A stretch of DNA of 64,000 nt, from NCBI GenBank assembly GCA_030619865.1, contig JAUXAP010000002.1, positions 707 through 64,706 on the forward strand, read 5' to 3'. Made by a program: the position numbers and the translations under genes. Within the stretch, counting starts at the first letter, position 1. Every line of letters starts with the position of its first letter. The notes below the pieces were generated by a model. That model had not been told where the DNA came from. It saw nothing but the letters and a program-made list of their open reading frames with translations, and searched no databases. This DNA is from Dehalococcoidia bacterium. Lineage in GTDB: Bacteria > Chloroflexota > Dehalococcoidia > Dehalococcoidales > JAUXAP01. Shown piece by piece: positions 41,034 to 48,574 of this stretch.

Positions 41034-41171
41034 CTACTTCTTATTTTTGTTACAGACCTGATACTTGCCCGTACACACGATTTTGTCACCACAATTGGGG
41101 CAGAGCTTCCAGTCTGACCTTATCTCAAAGCCACACTTCTTACACTTTACTACCATTGCTATGAGAGGCAT
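41034..41171 (-). CDS. 45-aa zinc-ribbon miniprotein (not in ORF track)
   Basis: AAAGGAG RBS; MPLIAMVVKCKKCGFEIRSDWKLCPNCGDKIVCTGKYQVCNKNKK. Confidence 0.75.
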   Translation of the reverse strand: MPLIAMVVKCKKCGFEIRSDWKLCPNCGDKIVCTGKYQVCNKNKK

Positions 41172-41190
41172 TTTATATCTCCTTTAAAAC

Positions 41191-42066
41191 TTATGGTGGG
41201 AGTTCTATCCCGGCGCAGGGAGTGAATAGCGATACGCCGTATTGCTTCACACCGTAATTGCTGATAAGTTCCTGTATTTCGGGTGACACAAGGAAGTTTA
41301 TCAGGTTATTAGCCATATCAATCTTGGTTGTAGGTATTTTTTCTGGGTTTACCGCAATAGCGGAGTAGACATTAAGCAGTATGTCACCCTTATCGACCAC
41401 AGGCATTAGTTCTAATTTGTCCTTGTAGGCAAGATAAGTACCTATATCGGTCAGTGTATAGGCCTGTTTCTCACTGGCCATCATCAGAATCGGCCCCATG
41501 CCAGTCCCGGCCTCTACATACCAAGCACCTGCATTTCTAACCACTTCATAATCGTAGCCAGCTCCTTTCCAGATGGTCTTCTCCTTGGCGTGTGTTCCAG
41601 AGTCATCTCCTCTGGAAACAAAGCTACCACTTCCGTTCTCTATTAGCTTTTTAAAAGCTTCCTTGGGACTTATGCCTTTGATGCCTGCCGGGTCAGCCGC
41701 TGGTCCCACGATGAGAAAATAATTATAAGCAAAGGGTACTCGCTGTACACCGTAGCCCTCAGCTACAAATTGCTCCTCATAGGCTTGGGAATGAACAATA
41801 ATAATATCCACGTCACCCCTTTTGCCGTATTCCAAAGCCCTGCCGGTGCCGGCATACATGATGTTTAAGTTAATGTTATACTCCTCCTCAAACATAGGCT
41901 CCAAATAATCCCATAGGCCAGTGTCATACAAGCTAGTGGTGGTAGCCATCTTTAGCCTCTGTTGTGGTGGCAGTGGTGAAGCTGTTGAAGACTTGCAACC
42001 GACGAAGCTCACCAGCAGAGCTAAAAGTGTTAGCATACTCAACAAGTAATGAGTTACCTTTTTCAC
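41191..42066 (-). CDS. tupA: tungstate-binding lipoprotein
   Basis: Lipobox FVGC, ATTTS, GTG.AL, SRGDDSGTH. Confidence 0.92.
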   Translation of the reverse strand: MKKVTHYLLSMLTLLALLVSFVGCKSSTASPLPPQQRLKMATTTSLYDTGLWDYLEPMFEEEYNINLNIMYAGTGRALEYGKRGDVDIIIVHSQAYEEQFVAEGYGVQRVPFAYNYFLIVGPAADPAGIKGISPKEAFKKLIENGSGSFVSRGDDSGTHAKEKTIWKGAGYDYEVVRNAGAWYVEAGTGMGPILMMASEKQAYTLTDIGTYLAYKDKLELMPVVDKGDILLNVYSAIAVNPEKIPTTKIDMANNLINFLVSPEIQELISNYGVKQYGVSLFTPCAGIELPP

Positions 42067-42148
42067 AGTTGCACTCTTTTTAAGCTAATATCTTCCTCCA
42101 AAAGTTGTCTATTGATAATAAGCAAATACAGGTCAGTAGATAATAATG

Positions 42149-42169
42149 AAGCACCTCAAGGAGGTGCTT
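42149..42169 (-). terminator. expression-platform hairpin
   Basis: AAGCACCTC-N3-GAGGTGCTT between aptamer and tupA; U-tract weak. Confidence 0.45.
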
Positions 42170-42195
42170 TACAAAGGCAAAAACTTGCCATAAGT

Positions 42196-42298
42196 AAGGT
42201 CTCCTTTCCAAACACGGGGGGCGTGAGTGTTTCCCCTCACACCTTATCGGTTACTGCGCGTAGGTAAGATACCCTTAGCTACAGCAACTCGGAGGCCC
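42196..42298 (-). ncRNA. Moco/Wco riboswitch
   Basis: Minus strand GGCCTCCGAG...CTAA...GGGAAAC...GCCCCCCGTGTTTGGAAAGGAGACC upstream of tupA. Confidence 0.88.
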
Positions 42299-42344
42299 AT
42301 ATCCAGTTCAATAAGATCCATTCAGTACCTTAAAGACGTATTAA

Positions 42345-42374
42345 ATTATACCTTTTTGGTTTCATCATAGTCAA
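42345..42374 (-). promoter_or_regulatory. sigma70 promoter of tup-moa operon
   Basis: TTGACT-N18-TATAAT. Confidence 0.6.
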
Positions 42375-42415
42375 GCCTCACCGTGGCTTTATTCCAGTGT
42401 GCAAATGAACACAGA

Positions 42416-42490
42416 TGGAGCCAGCGGTTGAATTCGAACCGACGAGCAGCGGTTTCATAAACCGTTGCTCTACCCCTGAGCTACGCTGGC
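42416..42490 (-). tRNA. atypical tRNA or pseudo-tRNA: Thr-like body, ATG anticodon
   Basis: GCCAGCG TA GCTC AGGGGTA GAGC A ACGGT TTATGAA ACCGC TGCTC GTCGG TTCGAAT TCAAC CGCTGGC T CCA. Confidence 0.7.
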
Positions 42491-42734
42491 TCTACCCAAA
42501 TATAACACAAAATAGCGCTCTCCTTTAATATCTCGGTTGATACTTGTCGCTAGCGCTTAGATAAGCTTATAATATTATTAAAGTACTTCGATGAGGAGAT
42601 AACCATTAGGGTTCTTTAAACCTTGAATTGTTTCACTCGGCTGTAACTCACCATTTTCCAAAGTTTTCGTGACTCTAGGGTAACAGTAAAGGGAAATAAA
42701 TGCTAAGAAAGCCAGCAAGGACAAAGGAGTTAAA

Positions 42735-43841
42735 ATGAAACACCGTGAACGGGTGCTCATGGCGCTTAGTCATGAAGAGCCCGATAGATGTCCCCTGTCA
42801 TGCAGTTTTACACCGGAATTTGTTACCAGACTTAGGAATGACCTGGGGTTAGCAGAGGAAGAATTCTATAATCCCCACGGAGGAGGTAACACCTATGTAT
42901 TGGAGCGCACTATAGGTGCCGATATGCTTTTGACCTCCATTGGATGGGCAAATTCATACTATGCCACCGATGTATATAGTGAGGATGGGGTTTCCTATAC
43001 TGATGAATGGGGGATTGGGTGGAAAAACGTAGAGTATGAAACCAGGTTTGGCAAAGGCCGTTATACTGAAATAGTGGGCCATCCTCTTGCCGATGAAGAA
43101 GCGATAGACTCGTACCAGCCACCTGATCCGAATAAGCCTGAGTTATACCTTGATGCAGCCAGAATGATTAAAGAATATAAGGGTGAATACTGGATTGTGG
43201 GTGCTACCGTCTGTACAATTTTTGAAGCTGCTTGGGCTCTTAGAGGTCTTGAAAGAGCATTGATGGATTTGATTGTCAATCCAGATTTTGTCGAAAAACT
43301 CTTCGATATCCCGTTTAATTATCACCTTACTGCAGCCAAGAAACTAGTGGAGATGGGCGTAGATATGATCTGGATAGGAGATGATGTAGGGGGTCAGAGT
43401 GGGATGCTCATTTCCCCGCAAATCTGGCGCCAATTCTTGAAACCACGCTTGGCTAAATTTATTTCCATGCTGAAAAGCGTCAATCCTGAGGTGAAAATAG
43501 CCTATCACTCGGACGGAATGATTTACCCAATCCTCTCCGACTTAATTGAAATCGGACTGGACATTCTTAATCCAGTACAGCCAAAGTGCATGGATCCGGA
43601 GAAACTTAAGAAGGAGTACGGGGATAAATTATGTTTTTGGGGCTCAATTGATGAGCAATATACCCTACCTTTTGGAACAGCCGCCGAGGTTAAAAAAGAA
43701 GTGATAACACGTTTAAAAACATTGGGCAAAAATGGTGGATTGATTATCGGGCCAACTCATCATGTGCAGCTTGATACACCGTTGGAAAACTTTTGGGCAA
43801 TGGTTAACACTGTAAAGAATACGTCTTACAGTACTTTATAG
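42735..43841 (+). CDS. UroD/MtaA-CmuA superfamily protein
   Basis: HEEPDR, TDEWG, AWALRG, GDD, YHSDG, NPVQP, WGSIDEQ, PTHHVQ. Confidence 0.88.
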   Translation: MKHRERVLMALSHEEPDRCPLSCSFTPEFVTRLRNDLGLAEEEFYNPHGGGNTYVLERTIGADMLLTSIGWANSYYATDVYSEDGVSYTDEWGIGWKNVEYETRFGKGRYTEIVGHPLADEEAIDSYQPPDPNKPELYLDAARMIKEYKGEYWIVGATVCTIFEAAWALRGLERALMDLIVNPDFVEKLFDIPFNYHLTAAKKLVEMGVDMIWIGDDVGGQSGMLISPQIWRQFLKPRLAKFISMLKSVNPEVKIAYHSDGMIYPILSDLIEIGLDILNPVQPKCMDPEKLKKEYGDKLCFWGSIDEQYTLPFGTAAEVKKEVITRLKTLGKNGGLIIGPTHHVQLDTPLENFWAMVNTVKNTSYSTL

Positions 43842-43926
43842 CGAATTGTTGGGTGCTTAACAAAAGGAACTATTGTTCAATCAGAGAATGAACCTATATT
43901 TTCATGCCGTATCTACAGAGTGTTCA

Positions 43927-43963
43927 GAAAAAGAAAAAGCCTCTCACCTTCACAAGTGAGAGG
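43927..43963 (-). terminator. intrinsic terminator
   Basis: CCTCTCAC-N8-GTGAGAGG followed by CTTTTTCTTTTT on minus strand. Confidence 0.75.
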
Positions 43964-44028
43964 GAATAGGGAGCTAAATCGGTTTACAGGCGATATCAGG
44001 CTGGTCTATAATCGGGTAAATTAGGGAA

Positions 44029-44115
44029 CTATGGGGTAATAGTAAACTTCAGGCTAAAAGTTCTGTCTATTGTCACCCTTGGTGGGCAGCAGTGTACAAT
44101 AGACAGAACTTCCAC
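44029..44115 (-). CDS. putative 28-aa peptide (not in ORF track)
   Basis: AAGGAG RBS, GTG start: MEVLSIVHCCPPRVTIDRTFSLKFTITP; terminator downstream. Confidence 0.4.
   Translation of the reverse strand: MEVLSIVHCCPPRVTIDRTFSLKFTITP
44058..44111. repeat. perfect 16-bp inverted repeat
   Basis: AAGTTCTGTCTATTGT-N22-ACAATAGACAGAACTT. Confidence 0.9.
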
Positions 44116-44182
44116 GTTCTCCTTCCCCTTTTTGGGTGGTAAAGGCAAGTTATAGTATAGTGTGACTTATCTTTTGTTTACC

Positions 44183-44659
44183 TTAATTCGTTTTGTTTAA
44201 TCCAGTCTCTGTATTTTGGCGCAATACGGCTAGTAACTTTTCCAGTAGAGCAGCATCATCCTCACTGATTGACGACATTACTTGGTCCACGATATCTCTT
44301 GTCAGTGGCGTATGCTCCTCGAGAATCTTCCATCCCTTCTTCGTCAGTGTGATATTGATGGATCTCCTGTCCGTTCTACTACGCTTGGCCTTCACAAGCC
44401 CATCTCTCTTCATGCGGGCGACAAGTGTCGTGATATTGTGCCGCTCTCTCAATGTCCAACTGGCTATCGCCGAGGGTGTCATAGTCCCACCACTGAAGGC
44501 CAAGACTCGTAGCACTATTAACTTGATTGTTGACAGGCCTACTTTATATAAACGCGCATCTGTATACTTCTTCACTGCATCTGCGGTTTGTATGAACAGT
44601 ATAAAAGTTCTCAAGATGGAGTTCTCGTGGCCTACTCTTGGCAATTTGTGTACTCTCAT
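44183..44659 (-). CDS. MarR family regulator
   Basis: TPSAIA, NITTLVARMKRDGLV, DRRSINITLT. Confidence 0.9.
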   Translation of the reverse strand: MRVHKLPRVGHENSILRTFILFIQTADAVKKYTDARLYKVGLSTIKLIVLRVLAFSGGTMTPSAIASWTLRERHNITTLVARMKRDGLVKAKRSRTDRRSINITLTKKGWKILEEHTPLTRDIVDQVMSSISEDDAALLEKLLAVLRQNTETGLNKTN

Positions 44660-44873
44660 TAGCGATTGCTTCCTTTCCAGGGAATGTATAAACGGGGAAT
44701 GTATCAACAAATAGAATAGCGCATTTTAAGGTTGGTGTCAATGCTCTTGAATAGTCGGTGCTGGGAGATTACCTCAAAAAGAGAAATTACACGATTGTGG
44801 AAGGGAAATAATACGTATGAAACATGCAGTAGATTTTAAGAGACGTCACAACGCAAGCAGGTGTTGCTTTTAA

Positions 44874-44901
44874 CCTGACAAAAAAAGGGTAACATCGTTA
44901 T
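44874..44901 (+). promoter_or_regulatory. candidate ECF promoter of the sigma gene
   Basis: CCTGACAA-N14-CGTTAT; same motif and spacing at 46482. Confidence 0.65.
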
Positions 44902-44972
44902 CAATAGTAAAGGGGGAAAGTACCGCGCCTTAGTATACTTCAAGTATCGGTTTATGTTATAAGTAACATGAT

Positions 44973-45506
44973 ATGGCTGCTGAACCAGATAAGAGGGAAA
45001 CGGAAAAGCATAATGAGACTGTACTTGCCAGCCTGTACGAGGAGTACTACGACAAGATTGCCCGCTATGCTTTTACCCGCATCGGCAATAGAGCCGAGGC
45101 TGAAGATATTGCTGGGGAGGTCTTCTTGAAAGCGCTAGAGTCGCTGAAATCATACAAAGAGCGTGGCATTCCGATGCAGGCTTGGCTGTTCAGGATTGCC
45201 CATAATCTGGTCGTAGACTACTTGAGGAAAGCTACAAAGCGTAAGTCAGTTCCCATTGAAACTATTCAAGTAGAAGCTGATGTAGACCCAGCGACCATTG
45301 CCGAAAGAAATATTGAGCTTGAGAGGGTGACCAAGTCAATGGAGCAACTTACTCAGCAACAGAGAGAAGTATTACAATTACGCTTCTTTGGTGGACTGAG
45401 CTCTAAAGAAGTAGGGAGCATTGTGAACAAGAGTGATGGTGCCGTACGCGAGATGCAGCGGGCTGCCATAGAAAAATTACGCAAACTGCTGGTTACAGAC
45501 TATTAG
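44973..45506 (+). CDS. ECF RNA polymerase sigma factor
   Basis: AEDIAGEVF, AWLFRIAHN, QREVLQLRF...EVG region 4. Confidence 0.93.
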   Translation: MAAEPDKRETEKHNETVLASLYEEYYDKIARYAFTRIGNRAEAEDIAGEVFLKALESLKSYKERGIPMQAWLFRIAHNLVVDYLRKATKRKSVPIETIQVEADVDPATIAERNIELERVTKSMEQLTQQQREVLQLRFFGGLSSKEVGSIVNKSDGAVREMQRAAIEKLRKLLVTDY

Positions 45507-45509
45507 TCT

Positions 45510-46406
45510 TTGATATGGGATAAGAGAATGACTAATGACTTTGACAAAATAGTTGACGAGTGCATAGACCGGCTCAACCGTGGAGAAGGCCTGGAAGCCT
45601 GCCTTGCCGATTACCCTCGGTATGTTGAGCAGCTTGAGCCATTGCTTCGAGCCATGCTTCAAACGAGAAAGGCGTACTCATTTGTGCCTTCAGCCAGTGC
45701 CAAGAGAGCAGCAAGGCAGCGTTTCAATGTTGCTCTTGAGAAGCTGGAACAAAGACGTCAGGAGAAGAAACCTTTATTCACTAGGGTGTTTGCCCAGCCA
45801 GTAGCGTGGGCAACTGTGGCTGCTATGCTCCTGATACTAGTTGGAGGCTATTTTGGCCTGAGACCTTTGCTTTACCCGGTAGGACCTGTGCTTTACCCGG
45901 TAGAACCTGTGCCTAACTCTGAGGGCAACTTTGTATTTCTGATGAGCGATGATGTCAATGCAATCGGTGACTTTGACAGCCTTAATGTGTCCGTCTCAAA
46001 AGTTGGCCTTCTGTTAGGTGGTGAATCGGGCCAGTGGGTTGAGTTTGAGACGGAAGTAAAAGAGGTTGATTTGACTCTATTGCAGGGAGATAAGGCACAG
46101 GAAATTTGGAGAGGTAATGTGCCGGAAGGTCAATACACCAAGGTGTTCATCTATGTAACTGATGTCCGCGGTGTCTTGAAAGAAACAGGGCAAACGGTGG
46201 AAGTTAAACTGCCCAGCCAGAAGCTGCATATATCAAAATCATTTCAAGTTACTGCTGATACGGTGACCAGCTTTACTTATGACCTGACAGTAATTGCTGC
46301 TGGTAGTCCCCAGAGTGGAATAAAGTATATCCTCAAGCCCCAGGTTGATCAGAGCGGTGCCGACCATAAGCCAAGTGAGGACAAAGAAAAGGGCAGAAAA
46401 CAGTGA
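45510..46406 (+). CDS. putative membrane anti-sigma factor with external DUF4382-like domain
   Basis: Starts 3 nt after the ECF gene; N-terminal IVDECIDRL..GEGLEACLADYP..LEPLL, one TM helix, C-terminal domain paralogous to next gene; start may be slightly downstream (MTNDF). Confidence 0.75.
   Translation: MIWDKRMTNDFDKIVDECIDRLNRGEGLEACLADYPRYVEQLEPLLRAMLQTRKAYSFVPSASAKRAARQRFNVALEKLEQRRQEKKPLFTRVFAQPVAWATVAAMLLILVGGYFGLRPLLYPVGPVLYPVEPVPNSEGNFVFLMSDDVNAIGDFDSLNVSVSKVGLLLGGESGQWVEFETEVKEVDLTLLQGDKAQEIWRGNVPEGQYTKVFIYVTDVRGVLKETGQTVEVKLPSQKLHISKSFQVTADTVTSFTYDLTVIAAGSPQSGIKYILKPQVDQSGADHKPSEDKEKGRKQ
45868..45912 (+). repeat. 21-bp tandem duplication
   Basis: TGCTTTACCCGGTAG(G/A)ACCTG x2, encoding LYPVGPV/LYPVEPV. 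Confidence 0.9.
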
Positions 46407-46481
46407 CGCAGGGCAAAGAATTGGCCTTGTTAGATGCTATTATTTAGCTCCGCCTGATTTGAGACCTTTAACTATCATTAC

Positions 46482-46509
46482 CCTGACAATTTTGCCAATT
46501 TTCCGTTAT
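46482..46509 (+). promoter_or_regulatory. candidate ECF promoter of the lipoprotein gene
   Basis: CCTGACAA-N14-CGTTAT. Confidence 0.65.
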
Positions 46510-46560
46510 AAAGTATAGAGACAAGAATAAGTCGTTGTAGTAGCAGAAGGAGGAAGAAAA

Positions 46561-47715
46561 ATGAAAACTAGTTTTGTATTTATGACAGTGTTAGCGCTTC
46601 TAGCCATGTCGGTGGTAGGGTGTGCTTTGCCAAGAGCTCTCGTTACTGGCCCGGTGCCCACCACTGGAGAGGAAGCGAACTTCCGGTTCTTGATTAGTGA
46701 TGAGAACAATGCCATCGCGGATTTTGCACGCCTGGATGTGATTATTTCCGAGATAGGTGTGCATCAGAGTGGCGAGTCGGCCACATGGCATACACTTAAC
46801 CCCAACCCTGATCCTGATGGGGACGGAACTCCCGGCTTAAACCTGAGGCCCTTGGAAGGGGCGAAGGCCCTGGCTATCTGGGAGGGCACTTTGCCTGCGG
46901 GAGACTATACAAAGGTGTTTATCTATGTGGAAGACGAGGATATTACAGGGGTCCTGCTTGATGGTGATGGCGAAACAGCCGATGTGAAGCTGCCCAGCAA
47001 CAAGTTGCAGATTTCCAAGCCCTTTACTATCAGTGATGATTCAGTAGTTGAATTCGTCTACGATATCACGGTTGTGAAGGCCGGGAAGAATGGCAAATAC
47101 ATTCTGAAGCCTCAGATTGCCCAGAGCGGAGCCGACCAAGACATCGACGACGTTACACCAGATGGGGATTTAGAGATCATCACACCCAGTCTTCTGCCTG
47201 ATGGTGTGGTAGGGGAGGAATACGAGGCCGAAGTAGAGGCTGACGGGGGCATAGAGCCCTACACCTGGAGCATCGTCTCGGACGACGGCGACCTTCCTGA
47301 CGGACTGGAGCTTAACACTGAGACCGGGGAAATCTACGGAACTCCCACCACAGAAGGGGAATACGAATTCACGGTTCAGGTTGAAGACGAATCGGAAAGT
47401 GTCACCGAGGAGTTCAGCATCAGTATTGCTGCTGCTGTCGGTGAGCTGGAGATCACCACACCCAGCCTCCTGCCTGATGGTGTGGTAGGGGAGGAATACG
47501 AGGCCGAAGTAGAGGCTGACGGGGGCATAGAGTCCTACACCTGGAGCATCGTCTCGGACGACGGCGACCTTCCTGACGGACTGGAGCTTAACACTGAGAC
47601 CGGGGAAATCTACGGAACTCCCACCACGGCAGGGGACTATGAATTCACGGTTCAGGTTGAAGACGACTCCGCTCAGACCGATACTCAGGAGTTCAGCATC
47701 CATATCGATGCTTGA
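46561..47715 (+). CDS. acidic surface lipoprotein, DUF4382-like domain plus two putative Ig (He_PIG-type) repeats
   Basis: AAGGAGG RBS, lipobox VVGC, YTKVFIYV/VKLPS/KYILKP, two copies of LPDGVVGEEY...YTWS...LPDGLEL...GEIYGTPT. Confidence 0.8.
   Translation: MKTSFVFMTVLALLAMSVVGCALPRALVTGPVPTTGEEANFRFLISDENNAIADFARLDVIISEIGVHQSGESATWHTLNPNPDPDGDGTPGLNLRPLEGAKALAIWEGTLPAGDYTKVFIYVEDEDITGVLLDGDGETADVKLPSNKLQISKPFTISDDSVVEFVYDITVVKAGKNGKYILKPQIAQSGADQDIDDVTPDGDLEIITPSLLPDGVVGEEYEAEVEADGGIEPYTWSIVSDDGDLPDGLELNTETGEIYGTPTTEGEYEFTVQVEDESESVTEEFSISIAAAVGELEITTPSLLPDGVVGEEYEAEVEADGGIESYTWSIVSDDGDLPDGLELNTETGEIYGTPTTAGDYEFTVQVEDDSAQTDTQEFSIHIDA
47173..47700 (+). repeat. near-identical tandem duplication, period 276 bp
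   Basis: Copies start at 47173 and 47449 and differ at only a few positions over about 215 nt. Confidence 0.93.
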
Positions 47716-47754
47716 GTATTTGCATTATCACTACTGGAACAAACACTTAGGTTA

Positions 47755-47792
47755 GAAGAGAGGCCAACAGTCTGGCCTCTCTTCATTTTTCT
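47755..47792 (+). terminator. intrinsic terminator
   Basis: GAAGAGAGGCCA-N6-TGGCCTCTCTTC then ATTTTT. Confidence 0.8.
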
Positions 47793-47854
47793 CTTGCTCA
47801 GTCGGAGGCGCGTTTCTAATCTATGGGGAATGAACAGAGGGGAAACACTTTTAT

Positions 47855-48532
47855 CTACTCTAGAGCCTTCAGCACGGAAATTAGTTGCTCTCTTATACTC
47901 CCCTTTGGAACGAACTTTTTCTCAAATACTGCGCCTCCTATGGTGAAGCCCCAGTATTTAAGGGAGACGACTTCGCCTATTCTTTCAAAACTATCAATGC
48001 TTCCAGCTATTATGACTGGAACACTTATGGCATCTCTGAATTTGGTGAGAAGTTGCTGGATGTCTCCTACATAGCGGTAGGCAAGAAGGTTTATTCCGTC
48101 TACTCCGAGAGCTTCTGCTTCTTTAGCCTCTTGAATAATTTCTTCAATTGTTCCATCAAGTATACAGGGATGCTCTCTGATTTTGCCTGCGTAAGGAAAA
48201 TATTTTGTCTTTGCTCCTTCCTTTTTTAGAAACTCCAGCATTAACTTAGTATAAGGCGGCATTCCACCTATTAGGTAATCGACTCCTAACTGGCTGGCTC
48301 TACCGGCTGCTTTTAGATGTTCTTCTCTACTATAACTTACAACTTCCATAAAAATCTTCATTCTTTCTTTTTTCATTAAATCGATAAGTTTCAGCAGTTC
48401 GTCCTCTTCTAACCCGATGTCTTTGAATCCTACGCATTCAAGGCCGGTATTTTTAATTCCCTCAAATACTTCAATAGCATTAGCTACGGTAACATCATGG
48501 TGAGTTAACATAAATAAAAACTTAGTCATCAT
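47855..48532 (-). CDS. uncharacterised putative TIM-barrel phosphate-binding protein
   Basis: FMLTHHD, GFKDIG, C-terminal IIAGSI...FTIGGA resembling a phosphate-binding motif. Confidence 0.6.
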   Translation of the reverse strand: MMTKFLFMLTHHDVTVANAIEVFEGIKNTGLECVGFKDIGLEEDELLKLIDLMKKERMKIFMEVVSYSREEHLKAAGRASQLGVDYLIGGMPPYTKLMLEFLKKEGAKTKYFPYAGKIREHPCILDGTIEEIIQEAKEAEALGVDGINLLAYRYVGDIQQLLTKFRDAISVPVIIAGSIDSFERIGEVVSLKYWGFTIGGAVFEKKFVPKGSIREQLISVLKALE

Positions 48533-48574
48533 TTAACCTCGCGCTTTCCAGATTACTTTACATAATCTTATTTA

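Noticed and set aside
44193-44714. 173-aa plus-strand ORF
   Set aside because: Antisense shadow of marR, with no recognisable motifs
44954-44969. ATGTTA-N4-TAACAT palindrome before the ECF gene as a MarR operator
   Set aside because: Single short AT-rich instance with no second copy found
47170-47703. 177-aa repetitive minus-strand ORF, or possible CRISPR-like repeat
   Set aside because: Shadow of the coding Ig duplication; no repeat-spacer structure or cas genes
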